Assembly: GCA_030830415.1 (NCBI GenBank)
Contig: JAURNB010000056.1
Location: forward strand, 1 to 33,131
Origin: Acidimicrobiales bacterium
Lineage (GTDB): Bacteria; Actinomycetota; Acidimicrobiia; Acidimicrobiales; Ilumatobacteraceae
DNA: 33,131 nucleotides
Reading direction: 5' to 3'
Translations under genes and position numbers: made by a program
Notes under the pieces: generated by a model
Told to the model about the DNA's origin: nothing
Database searches by the model: none
Seen by the model: the letters and a program-made list of their open reading frames with translations, nothing else
Part shown: positions 6,871 through 15,806 of the stretch, one piece after another
Position numbering within the stretch: the stretch's first letter is position 1
Layout: every line of letters begins with the position of its first letter

Positions 6871-9318
6871 ATGGCTGATGCCATCCGCGTGTCTGGTGCC
6901 GTTTCAGGTACCGATAAAACTCTGTCTTTTGAGACAGGCAAACTTGCCCAGCAGTCACAGGGCGCAGTAGTTGCGAGCCTTGGCCGCACCACCGTACTGT
7001 CCACCGCAAACGCCGCTAAGGGTGTTCGCGACGGAATTGACTTCTTCCCACTCACCGTCGACGTAGAAGAGCGTGCCTATGCAGCAGGAAAAATTCCTGG
7101 TGCATTTTTCCGCCGTGAAGGTCGCCCAACAGAAATGGCAATTCTTACTTGCCGTCTCACCGACCGCCCGTTGCGCCCTGCTTTCCCCGATGGCTACCGC
7201 AATGAAACACAAATCGTGCTCACCATCATCGGTGCCGACCAGGAAAACCCACACGACATTTTGTCAATCAACGCTGCATCCGCATCGCTCATGATCAGTG
7301 GTATTCCTTTTGAAGGCCCAATTGGCGCAGTGCGCGTTGCTTACAGCACTTCAGGTGAATGGATTCCACACCCCACCTTCGAAGAGAGTGAAGCAGCAAC
7401 ATTCGAACTCGTCGTTGCAGGTCGTCAACTCGACGACGGTGACGTTGCCATCATGATGGTAGAAGCCGGCGGCACCGAGAAGAGCTTCTCGTACTATGCC
7501 GATGGTGCACCAAAAGTAAATGAGCCAGTATTGGCAAGTGGTCTTGAGGCATCAAAGAAGTGGATCAAAGAGTCCATTGGCTTGCAGCGTCAACTTGTTG
7601 CAAGTGTGATTGCAACAAAGGGCCCCATTGAGCCACTGAAGTACACACCCGTTCTTGACTACACACCAGAAGTGTTTGCTGCTGTTGAAGGTGTTGCCAC
7701 CACAAAGTTGGCTCCAGCAGTTGCTATTTCATTGAAGAGCGCTCGTAACGAAGCAATCGATGCAGTTACTGCAGAGACAGTTGCTGCGTTGTGTGGATCT
7801 TCAGAAGCACCTGGTGCTTTTGCTGGTCAGGAAAAAGGCGTCAAAGAAGCAGTGCGTAGTTTGACCAAGAAATTGGTCCGTAAGCGCATCGTTGAAGAAG
7901 GCATGCGCATCGACGGTCGTGGACCTCGCGATCTGCGCCCTGTCTCGTCTGAAGTAGGCATTTTGGCTACTGCACACGGCACCGGACTTTTCCAGCGTGG
8001 AGAAACTCAAGTCATGAACGTGTGCACGCTCGCAATGCCACGCATGAACCAGTTGCTCGACACATTGACTCCTGAAACCACCAAGCGTTTCATTCATCAC
8101 TACAACATGGCTCCATGGGCTAACGGCGAAACCGGCCGCGTTGGTTCACCAAAGCGCCGCGAAATTGGCCACGGTGCATTGGCCGAGCGTGCGTTGTTGC
8201 CAGTAGTGCCAAGCCAAGAAGATTTCGCTTACACCATTCGTTTGGTGAGTGAAGTGATGTCGTCTAACGGTTCCACCTCGATGGGTTCGGTCTGCTCAGC
8301 AAGCCTTTCACTCATGGATGCTGGTGTGCCCATCATTGCTCCTGTTGCAGGTATCGCAATGGGTTTGGTGTTTGCTGAAGGCAAGTACACCACGCTCACC
8401 GACATCTTGGGTGCAGAAGACGCATTCGGCGACATGGACTTCAAAGTTGCCGGTACTGCCGATGCCATTACGGCTTTGCAGCTCGACACAAAAATTGAAG
8501 GCATCCCAGCCGATGTTTTGATTGCTGCTCTCGACCAAGCAAAAGATGCACGTCTGGCCATTTTGGAAGTCATGAATGCGGCACTTGCTGCTCCACGTAG
8601 TGAAGTTGCTGAAACCGCTCCAAAAATTGTTTCCTTCACCATTCCACTCGACAAAGTCGGAGAGGTCATTGGGCCAAAGGGCAAGGTCATCAACACCATT
8701 CAGCAAGAAACTGGTGCCGACATTGCAGTGAGCGACGACGGTGCTGTTGGCATCATCACCATTGGTTCTCCAGACTCGGTAAAGGTGAACGATGCTCGCG
8801 AGCGCATCATGGCAATTGTTCAGCCACCAACTGCAGACCTCGGTGGCATTTACAACGGTCGCGTTGTGAGCATCACCAAGTTCGGTGCATTCGTCAACAT
8901 CCTTCCTGGACGTGACGGTCTGGTGCACATTTCGAAGTTGGGTAACGGCAAGCGCATCAACAATGTGGAAGACGTGCTTGAACTCGGCCAAGAAATTCAG
9001 GTTCGTGTTGACGACATCGACGACAAGGGCAAGGTCAGCCTCAGCCCCGTTGGTGAAGGCTTCGAATCAAGCGGTGAAGCAACTCCTCGTGAAGAGCGTG
9101 CCCCTCGTGAAGAACGCGCATCGCGTGCTCCTCGTGAAGAGCGTGCCCCTCGTGCCGAGCGCAGCGATGCGCCCGACAATGCGGTGGCTGTGAGCTTTGA
9201 AGACGAGTTCGAAAGTGAACTCTCTGGCGAACTCGGCGACCTCGGCCCCGGCCGCGAAGCGGGCAACCGTGGTGGTGGCCGTGGACGTGGCGACGACAAT
9301 CGCCGTCGTCATCGCTAA
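6871..9318 (+). CDS. pnp: Polyribonucleotide nucleotidyltransferase (PNPase) with a low-complexity C-terminal extension
   Basis: DFFPLTVD, KIPGAFFRREGRP, RREIGHG, SNGSTSMGS and GDMDFKVAG, plus KH (VIGPKGKVI) and S1 domains. Confidence 0.98.
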   Translation: MADAIRVSGAVSGTDKTLSFETGKLAQQSQGAVVASLGRTTVLSTANAAKGVRDGIDFFPLTVDVEERAYAAGKIPGAFFRREGRPTEMAILTCRLTDRPLRPAFPDGYRNETQIVLTIIGADQENPHDILSINAASASLMISGIPFEGPIGAVRVAYSTSGEWIPHPTFEESEAATFELVVAGRQLDDGDVAIMMVEAGGTEKSFSYYADGAPKVNEPVLASGLEASKKWIKESIGLQRQLVASVIATKGPIEPLKYTPVLDYTPEVFAAVEGVATTKLAPAVAISLKSARNEAIDAVTAETVAALCGSSEAPGAFAGQEKGVKEAVRSLTKKLVRKRIVEEGMRIDGRGPRDLRPVSSEVGILATAHGTGLFQRGETQVMNVCTLAMPRMNQLLDTLTPETTKRFIHHYNMAPWANGETGRVGSPKRREIGHGALAERALLPVVPSQEDFAYTIRLVSEVMSSNGSTSMGSVCSASLSLMDAGVPIIAPVAGIAMGLVFAEGKYTTLTDILGAEDAFGDMDFKVAGTADAITALQLDTKIEGIPADVLIAALDQAKDARLAILEVMNAALAAPRSEVAETAPKIVSFTIPLDKVGEVIGPKGKVINTIQQETGADIAVSDDGAVGIITIGSPDSVKVNDARERIMAIVQPPTADLGGIYNGRVVSITKFGAFVNILPGRDGLVHISKLGNGKRINNVEDVLELGQEIQVRVDDIDDKGKVSLSPVGEGFESSGEATPREERAPREERASRAPREERAPRAERSDAPDNAVAVSFEDEFESELSGELGDLGPGREAGNRGGGRGRGDDNRRRHR
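9085..9162 (+). repeat. Intragenic 18-bp tandem-like repeat encoding PREERA x3-4 in the PNPase tail
   Basis: CCTCGTGAAGAGCGTGCC-type units at 9085, 9103 and 9130, with a degenerate copy at 9148. Confidence 0.85.
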
Positions 9319-9350
9319 ATCTTCCCCAACAAACAAAAACGCAATTCATC

Positions 9351-9390
9351 CACAACCCCGACCGACTACGGTCGGGGTTGTGACGTTTTC
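9351..9390 (+). terminator. Intrinsic terminator-like hairpin after pnp, overlapping the dapB start
   Basis: Perfect 14-bp stem CACAACCCCGACCG-acta-CGGTCGGGGTTGTG followed by ACGTTTTC. Confidence 0.75.
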
Positions 9391-10159
9391 ATCTCAGAAT
9401 CCCATTCGTGTTGGTGTTGTAGGTGCAGGGGGCCGCATGGGTGCCACCGTGTGTGACGCCGTTGTTGCCGACCCGCAGTTAGTGCTTGTTGCCGCTGTCG
9501 ACCCCATGCATGCTGGCAAGGAATGCCACGGCCTCACTATTTCTGGCGAACTAAAAGCACTTGCCGATGCGCAAGCCGAAGTGGTTGTCGACTTCACGGT
9601 TGCCGCTGCAGCACGCGTTACTTTGCCATGGCTTGGCCTGCACGGAATGCACGCAGTGGTGGGCACCACAGGTTTCAACGAAGCCGACATGGCAACGTTT
9701 AAGGAATCATTTATGAGTAGCAGCTGCCTCATTGCGGCAAACTTCGCCATTGGTGCAGTGCTCATGATGAAATTCGCCGAACAGGCAGCTCCATTTTTTG
9801 AAACTGCAGAGATTATTGAGTTCCATCACAATGCGAAAGCCGATGCGCCGAGTGGAACCGCAATGGTCACCGCACAACGGATGGCTGCTGCAAGTAGTGA
9901 ATGGGCAAAAGACCCAACGCAACATGAGGTTGCTTCAGGAGCACGTGGCGGTGAAGGCCCCGCAGGTATTCGTGTTCATGCGGTGCGCATGGTGGGCATG
10001 ACTGCATCACAAGAAGTCATCTTGGGTACCGCAGGTCAAACACTTGTCATTCGCCACGATTCAAATGATCGTGTGAGCTTTATGCCAGGAGTCGTTCTTG
10101 CTTGTAAGCGTGTTGCCGAAACACCGGGCATCACACTCGGTATCGATTCGCTTCTTTAG
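9380..10159 (+). CDS. dapB: 4-hydroxy-tetrahydrodipicolinate reductase
   Basis: VGVVGAGGRMG, VVDFT, VVGTTG and IEFHHNAKADAPSGTA. Start at in-frame GTG 9380. Confidence 0.95.
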   Translation: MTFSSQNPIRVGVVGAGGRMGATVCDAVVADPQLVLVAAVDPMHAGKECHGLTISGELKALADAQAEVVVDFTVAAAARVTLPWLGLHGMHAVVGTTGFNEADMATFKESFMSSSCLIAANFAIGAVLMMKFAEQAAPFFETAEIIEFHHNAKADAPSGTAMVTAQRMAAASSEWAKDPTQHEVASGARGGEGPAGIRVHAVRMVGMTASQEVILGTAGQTLVIRHDSNDRVSFMPGVVLACKRVAETPGITLGIDSLL

Positions 10160-10773
10160 TTTCCGTTCGTACCGTCGTGGTCAGGCGGTGAAAGAGGGCG
10201 TCGCTTGTTCATTTGGAATGCTGAAATGGCGAAGAGTCCGAGCACGATAAACCATTGGTAGCGCTCAATTGATTTCAAGAACCAACGCACTTGGTCTTGA
10301 AAGATGTCTCCGCCAATGCGCATCACCACGAGGCGAAAGCAAATAGCAGGAATGACAACTGCAAAAAATTGGCGTATACGCATTTGGCGATGTCCGACGA
10401 GCACGCACACGACGTTGCTTCCTGGCATGAAAAAGAGCATCAGCCAGCCAGCCTTTTTTACGGCATTTTCTGTCCAGCGGTAGAGCGCAGGCATTTCACC
10501 AACGTTGTCTTCCACCCAGCGCACGGTGCGGTCGCCATACCATCGCCCGACGAAATACAGAGCAGTAGCCGCAGCCAAAATACGCAAAAATCCGATGATG
10601 AAATAGGGGAGAGGCGAGGTGAAAGGTACCGATCCAAAAAGATTGCGGTTTCGCGACGACATCGCGAGAACGAGAAGTGGGCGTTCGTCAACGAGTGCTG
10701 GGCCAATATTGGTGCCAATTGTGCCGCATATGAAAAGAAACGAAGTGAGGGCCAAAACTGTTTTGCGCACCAT
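10156..10773 (-). CDS. DedA/VTT-like membrane protein
   Basis: Hydrophobic segments with the DedA-like YFVGRWYG and G-x3-M-x4-F patterns. The start could be GTG 10770. Confidence 0.6.
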   Translation of the reverse strand: MVRKTVLALTSFLFICGTIGTNIGPALVDERPLLVLAMSSRNRNLFGSVPFTSPLPYFIIGFLRILAAATALYFVGRWYGDRTVRWVEDNVGEMPALYRWTENAVKKAGWLMLFFMPGSNVVCVLVGHRQMRIRQFFAVVIPAICFRLVVMRIGGDIFQDQVRWFLKSIERYQWFIVLGLFAISAFQMNKRRPLSPPDHDGTNGN

Positions 10774-10817
10774 GGCAACTTATCGCCTCGCCCTGCAAGA
10801 TGCCCTACGCTTGGCGT

Positions 10818-12443
10818 ATGCAAGGACTCATGCAAAACACGCCACTGACCACTGTTCACCTTTTTGACCGTGCGGAAAAATACCACCGCAATAAAACGGT
10901 GATCACCGCAACTCCGCGTGGGAAAGAGACTGTTACTTATGGCGACTGGGCGCAACGAACCCGCAAGTTAGGTGGAGTGCTCAATGATTTGGGTATTTCT
11001 GAAGCAGGTCGAGTCGCTACTTTCGCATGGAATACCGCACGGCATTTGGAGTTGTACTTTGCTGCACCATGCACGGGTCGTGTGCTGCACACCTTGAATA
11101 TTCGGCTTTTTCCTGAACAACTCACTTACATTGTGAACCATGCCGAAGACGAAGTGATTTTTTGCGACAAGTCATTACTTCCACTTCTTGCACCGCTCTT
11201 TCCTACTTTTCATACGGTGAAACATTTAGTGGTGATGGACGACGGCCCGGGTGATGTTCCGCAATGGCCAGGTGTGCAAATACATGACTATGAAGAGTTG
11301 CTCAGCAAAGCTTCGCCAGTTGAATTTTTAGTAACAGATGAAAACCGTGCAGCAAGCATGTGTTACACCAGTGGCACTACTGGCAATCCGAAAGGCGTGG
11401 TGTACAGCCACCGCAGTACGTACCTGCACACATTCGGCGCAATGACGGTCGACAGTTTGGGCGCGCGCGAGAGCGATGTGATTTTGCCAGTAGTTCCGAT
11501 GTTTCATGCCAACGCATGGGGTCTTGCACACGCTGCAGTTGCTTCTGGTGCGTCATTGGTGATGCCAGGTCCAGATCTTTCGGGTAAAGCCATTGCGCAA
11601 CTCATCGTGGAAGAAAAGGTCACTGTTGCAGCAGGCGTCCCGACTATTTGGATGGGTGTTCTTCCCGAGCTCAAGGGTCGCGACACCTCGTCGTTGCGCG
11701 CTATTCCTTGTGGTGGTTCCGCAGTGCCGAAAGCATTGAGTGAGGCGTATCGCGAACAAACAGGCTTGCCTATTTTGCAGGCATGGGGGATGACCGAAAC
11801 AAGCCCCATTGCTTCTACGTGCACGTTGAGTGCCGCCGACTTGTTGTTGTCCATCGATGAGCAAGCTGAGTTGCGCACCACTGTGGGGCAAATCAACTTC
11901 GGTGTTGAGTGTCGCGTGGTGGAACCCGACACCATTAACCCAGTTGCATGGGATGGCGAAACAAGTGGCGAGTTGCAGTGCTCGGGTCCGTGGATTGCTG
12001 CCAACTATTACAACGACGACCGTTCGGCAGAGAGCTTTACCTCTGATGGTTGGTTGCGCACAGGTGATGTTGCCACCATGGATGCCGATGGGCGAGTGCG
12101 ACTTGTTGATCGCACAAAAGACCTCATCAAGAGTGGTGGTGAGTGGATCTCTTCGGTTGACGTGGAAAATGAGCTCATGGCGCACCCAAAAATCAAAGAA
12201 GCTGCAGTAGTGGGCGTGCCACACCCGCGATGGTCGGAACGCCCGTTGGCCTGCATTGTGGTGGAGCCTGGTCAGAGCCTCACTAAAGAAGAGGTAGTGG
12301 AGTTCCTGGTACCGCGTTTGGCCAAGTGGCAATTGCCTGACGATGTGGTGTTCATTGACGAAGTACCCAAGACCAGCGTGGGGAAGTTCTCGAAAAAGAC
12401 CCTCCGCGACCGGTTTGCCACCTACGTGCTGCCCACGATCTAG
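10818..12443 (+). CDS. Acyl-CoA synthetase (long/medium-chain fatty acid--CoA ligase family)
   Basis: YTSGTTGNPKG, PMFHANAWG, WGMTET, GWLRTGD, DRTKDLIKSGGEWI and PKTSVGK. ATG 10818 lies 6 nt after TACGCT. Confidence 0.93.
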   Translation: MQGLMQNTPLTTVHLFDRAEKYHRNKTVITATPRGKETVTYGDWAQRTRKLGGVLNDLGISEAGRVATFAWNTARHLELYFAAPCTGRVLHTLNIRLFPEQLTYIVNHAEDEVIFCDKSLLPLLAPLFPTFHTVKHLVVMDDGPGDVPQWPGVQIHDYEELLSKASPVEFLVTDENRAASMCYTSGTTGNPKGVVYSHRSTYLHTFGAMTVDSLGARESDVILPVVPMFHANAWGLAHAAVASGASLVMPGPDLSGKAIAQLIVEEKVTVAAGVPTIWMGVLPELKGRDTSSLRAIPCGGSAVPKALSEAYREQTGLPILQAWGMTETSPIASTCTLSAADLLLSIDEQAELRTTVGQINFGVECRVVEPDTINPVAWDGETSGELQCSGPWIAANYYNDDRSAESFTSDGWLRTGDVATMDADGRVRLVDRTKDLIKSGGEWISSVDVENELMAHPKIKEAAVVGVPHPRWSERPLACIVVEPGQSLTKEEVVEFLVPRLAKWQLPDDVVFIDEVPKTSVGKFSKKTLRDRFATYVLPTI

Positions 12444-12457
12444 AAAAAATAGGTTTC

Positions 12458-12506
12458 TGTGACATTTGTCTTGACAGTGAGACACTTTTCGTTTTAGTGT
12501 CTCACT
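12458..12506 (+). promoter_or_regulatory. Sigma70-type promoter with overlapping inverted-repeat operator upstream of the TetR gene
   Basis: TTGACA (12471-12476), 18 nt, TAGTGT (12495-12500), 6 nt, ATG. Perfect 11-bp inverted repeat AGTGAGACACT-N9-AGTGTCTCACT at 12476-12506. Confidence 0.8.
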
Positions 12507-13073
12507 ATGACTTCTGACGAAACCCGCGTTCTCGACGCAGCTTTGGGCAGTGTTGAACGCTTTGGGTTCAGCAAAGTCACCATCGACGACATCACAGCAG
12601 CTTCCGGTGTGTCGCGCGCCACTATTTATCGATTGTTTCCGGGTGGGCGCGAAGTTCTTTTTGAAGCAATGCGTCTGCGTGAATTAGAGAGATTCTTTTC
12701 TCGTTTGCAGAGTGCTGCAGCGGGGTCGCTCAATCTTGAGGAACTTCTCACACGTTGCATCGTCTTTTCCTCTCGTGAATTGCAAAACGACCAACACCTT
12801 GCGGCGATGCTTGCTAGCGAGCGCGGCGAGGCACTTGCAAATCTCACGGTCGATGGAGTGCCTCGCATTATTAATGTCGCAACTCAATTTTTTGTGCCAC
12901 TCGCCGAAGAGTTTGTTTCGCCCGAGACCGCAATTCAAATCGTCGAAGTGCTGGTTCGGCTCGTTATCTCGTACTTCCTTGCGCCAAGTATGCGAGTCGA
13001 CTTCACCAGCGAAGACAGTGTTCGCGCTTTCTTAGAGTCTTTTAGTTTTCTTAATGATCTAGTACAGCAATAG
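12507..13073 (+). CDS. TetR/AcrR family transcriptional regulator
   Basis: N-terminal HTH RVLDAALGSVERFGFSKVTIDDITAASGVSRATIYRLFPG. Confidence 0.92.
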   Translation: MTSDETRVLDAALGSVERFGFSKVTIDDITAASGVSRATIYRLFPGGREVLFEAMRLRELERFFSRLQSAAAGSLNLEELLTRCIVFSSRELQNDQHLAAMLASERGEALANLTVDGVPRIINVATQFFVPLAEEFVSPETAIQIVEVLVRLVISYFLAPSMRVDFTSEDSVRAFLESFSFLNDLVQQ

Positions 13074-13084
13074 GGGGAAATACC

Positions 13085-14212
13085 ATGACCGCAATTGAAT
13101 CACACGACGCAGAAATCTTGGGGCGCACCGATGTCAACGACATTGAAGCCATCTTGGGTGTCACCAATACCGACGTTAATGAAATTACGCATATGGTGAA
13201 GAACAATGCCGACACGTTGTTCTCTTGGGACTATTCATTAGCCCGCCCGCAGTTGCGCAAGTTGTACGAGAAGGCAAAGGTGGGGCAGTGGAATGCGACC
13301 ACCGATCTCCCATGGGAAACACCCGTCGACGTTGAAGGCACTATTGCAGCCGACCAAGCAGCAATTGGTCGTGGTTTCGACATGAGCCTGTATGGCGACA
13401 CACCTGTGAAGAACTGGGAGCAAAAAGAATGGCTCGAATTCGGTGTACAGGCTCGTAAGTGGAGCTTGTCGCAGTTCTTGCACGGTGAACAAGGCGCTCT
13501 CATTTGTACCGCAAAGATTGTAGAAACTGTGCCCTGGTACGACGCCAAGTTGTACGCCAGCACGCAGGTAATGGATGAAGCACGCCACGTAGAAGTGTTT
13601 GCTCGCTACCTCGATGAAAAGCTTGAAGGCGGCTACCAAATTAATGCGCACCTTCGCGCATTGCTCGACGACATCGTTACCGATAGCCGCTGGGACATGA
13701 CCTACTTGGGTATGCAAATCATGGTCGAGGGTCTTGCCCTTGCAGCATTTGGTTACATGCACCAACTCACCGGCGAGCCGCTATTGAAGAAGTTGTTGCG
13801 TTATGTCATGAGCGACGAAGCACGTCACGTTGCATTCGGTGTGCTTTCCTTGCAAGAGGTGTACGCACAAATGAGCGACGTAGAAATTAAAGAGCGTCAG
13901 ATTTTTGCTTTCGAAGCAAGCTTGCGCATGCGCGATCGTTTCTTGCAGCAAGAAGTGTGGGAGCGCATGGGCATCGACCCACGCAAAATCATGCCAGTTG
14001 TTCTCAATGACCCCACGCGTATCTTCTTTCAGCAGATGTTGTTTTCGAAAATTGTGCCGAACTGTAAAAAGCTCGGCCTGCTCGACCGCAACGATTCGTG
14101 GCTGCGTCGTCGGTTCGAAGAAATTGGCGTCATCCAGTTCGAAGACTTCGAAGATACTGGCGAAGAGTACATGGCCTTCGAAATCGGGAAAGACATTACG
14201 GCTCCTGCCTGA
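13085..14212 (+). CDS. Ferritin-like diiron-carboxylate enzyme (AurF/desaturase/R2-like superfamily), substrate unknown
   Basis: Ligand pattern HGEQGAL ... DEARH ... VEGLA ... DEARH (two ExxH motifs). Confidence 0.8.
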   Translation: MTAIESHDAEILGRTDVNDIEAILGVTNTDVNEITHMVKNNADTLFSWDYSLARPQLRKLYEKAKVGQWNATTDLPWETPVDVEGTIAADQAAIGRGFDMSLYGDTPVKNWEQKEWLEFGVQARKWSLSQFLHGEQGALICTAKIVETVPWYDAKLYASTQVMDEARHVEVFARYLDEKLEGGYQINAHLRALLDDIVTDSRWDMTYLGMQIMVEGLALAAFGYMHQLTGEPLLKKLLRYVMSDEARHVAFGVLSLQEVYAQMSDVEIKERQIFAFEASLRMRDRFLQQEVWERMGIDPRKIMPVVLNDPTRIFFQQMLFSKIVPNCKKLGLLDRNDSWLRRRFEEIGVIQFEDFEDTGEEYMAFEIGKDITAPA

Positions 14213-14244
14213 AAGTAGGCATTATCCAGCAAAATTGGATAATG
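14206..14244. promoter_or_regulatory. Tandem inverted repeats after the diiron gene (terminator or operator)
   Basis: TGCCT-gaaagt-AGGCA (14206-14221) and the perfect CATTATCCA-N7-TGGATAATG (14220-14244). Confidence 0.45.
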
Positions 14245-14286
14245 AATGCAGTGTTCGTGGTGCGGGGTCACTACTCTTGAAGCGTT

Positions 14287-14904
14287 ATGGCTCATCAATC
14301 TGACCCCTCATTTCGTGCCTTTCATGCGTTACGCATTAAGGGCTTTGCCAAAGTCGACATGGTTGCCGACATCGCAGCAATCACTGAAAAAGAAGCCGAG
14401 GGTTTCCTCCAAGGCCTCCTCGCGCAAGAACTCGCACTCTTCCGCGAGCAACGGGCCCTATGGCAAATCACCCCTGCTGGCAAGGAAGCGCACAAGGCAG
14501 CACTTGCAGCCGATACTCCGAGTGAAGTTGCTGGCGCTTTGAAGCCTTCTTACGAAGAATTCCTGGTCATCAACGAATCATTCAAGCAACTCTGTGGCGA
14601 CTGGCAGTTGAAAGATGGTGCACCGAACGATCACAGCGATGCCGCCTACGACAAGGCTGTCATTGATCGCCTGGTTGAAATGAATGTGAAAGCTGTACCG
14701 GTTGTGGAAGCTCTTGGCGTCATCTTGGAACGCATCATGCCCTATGTGCCGCGTTTGCACTCCACGTCGAAGCGAGTGGTCGCGGGCGAAAACAACATGT
14801 TCACCGGAGTGATGTGCGGGAGCTATCACGATGTGTGGATGGAGCTCCATGAAGACCTCATTCTCACCCAAGGTATCGACCGCGCTGCAGAGGGTTCTTT
14901 CTAA
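14287..14904 (+). CDS. Winged-helix (MarR-like) N-terminal protein, Rv1126c-like
   Basis: HALRIKG ... WQITPAG wHTH, then FKQLCGDWQL, NDHSDAAYD and SYHDVWMELHEDL, which I recall from mycobacterial Rv1126c-type proteins. Confidence 0.6.
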   Translation: MAHQSDPSFRAFHALRIKGFAKVDMVADIAAITEKEAEGFLQGLLAQELALFREQRALWQITPAGKEAHKAALAADTPSEVAGALKPSYEEFLVINESFKQLCGDWQLKDGAPNDHSDAAYDKAVIDRLVEMNVKAVPVVEALGVILERIMPYVPRLHSTSKRVVAGENNMFTGVMCGSYHDVWMELHEDLILTQGIDRAAEGSF

Positions 14905-15806
14905 TGACGCAGGTGCCTCACTTCGGGCGGGTACTCACTGCAATGATCACTCCGTTCACCGTAAATGGTGAGCTCGATGTCAATGAAGCAGTGAAGCTCG
15001 CGAAGTGGCTCCAAGAGCAGGGTAATGACGGACTTGTTGTTACAGGAACAACAGGCGAAGCATCAACTCTCACCGACGCAGAAAAAATTGCTTTGTGGGA
15101 AGCGGTTGCGCAAGCAGTCACCATTCCCGTTATTGCAGGAAGCGCGTCGAACGACACCGCTCACAGTGTGCATCTCACGAAGAAAGCGACCGAAGTGGGC
15201 GCTGCAGGAATTTTGGCTGTGGGCCCGTATTACAACCGGCCACCGCAATCAGGTATTGCTGCTCACATGGGTGCTATTGCAAGTGCAACACATTTGCCAG
15301 TGGTGTTGTACGACATTCCCGTGCGCACAGGTCGCAAAATTGCCACTGCAAACTTGCTCACCTTGGCAAATGATTACAGCAACATTGTTGCCCTCAAAGA
15401 TGCTGCAGGAAACCCGGCAGAAACTGCCTCGGTTATTGCGCAAGCACCTCAGGGATTCCAGGTCTACAGCGGCGACGATGGGCTGACGTTGCCTTTGTTG
15501 TCGGTGGGCGCGATGGGTGTGATTGGTGTTGCTACACACTGGTCGGCTCCTGAGCATCAACTCATGATGAAAGCTTTTTTTGCTGGCAATACTGCCGAGG
15601 CACAACGCATGAATGCGCTGCTCCTCGAAAGCTATGCCTTTGAAACTGGTGACGATTCGCCGAACCCGTTGCCGAGCAAAGAAATGATGAAACTGCACGG
15701 GTTCGCTGTTGGCGACGCGCGCTTGCCAATGGGCCCAGCTGCAACTTGGGTTGCAGAACGAGCTGCAGTGGTGAAGAAAAATCTTGAAGCGACACGCACC
15801 CGTTGA
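14904..15806 (+). CDS. dapA: 4-hydroxy-tetrahydrodipicolinate synthase
   Basis: TAMITPF, GTTGEASTL, PYYNRPPQ, LYDIPVRTG, ALKDA (Schiff-base Lys) and YSGDD. Confidence 0.96.
   Translation: MTQVPHFGRVLTAMITPFTVNGELDVNEAVKLAKWLQEQGNDGLVVTGTTGEASTLTDAEKIALWEAVAQAVTIPVIAGSASNDTAHSVHLTKKATEVGAAGILAVGPYYNRPPQSGIAAHMGAIASATHLPVVLYDIPVRTGRKIATANLLTLANDYSNIVALKDAAGNPAETASVIAQAPQGFQVYSGDDGLTLPLLSVGAMGVIGVATHWSAPEHQLMMKAFFAGNTAEAQRMNALLLESYAFETGDDSPNPLPSKEMMKLHGFAVGDARLPMGPAATWVAERAAVVKKNLEATRTR

Noticed and set aside
9197..9379. ORF-track N-terminal extension of DapB
   Set aside because: It overlaps pnp and the terminator stem; DapB homology begins after 9380.
11553..12485. Long antisense or alternative-frame ORFs (e.g. 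11553-12485, 17134-18123, 21219-22094, 28851-29807, 31876-32715)
   Set aside because: They shadow well-supported genes, have no recognisable motifs, and are expected from codon bias.
13085..14212. Linking the AurF-like diiron enzyme to the putative aminodeoxychorismate mutase as one arylamine-to-nitro pathway
   Set aside because: The genes are over 7 kb apart, separated by core genes and under separate promoters, and the diiron motif does not specify N-oxygenase activity.
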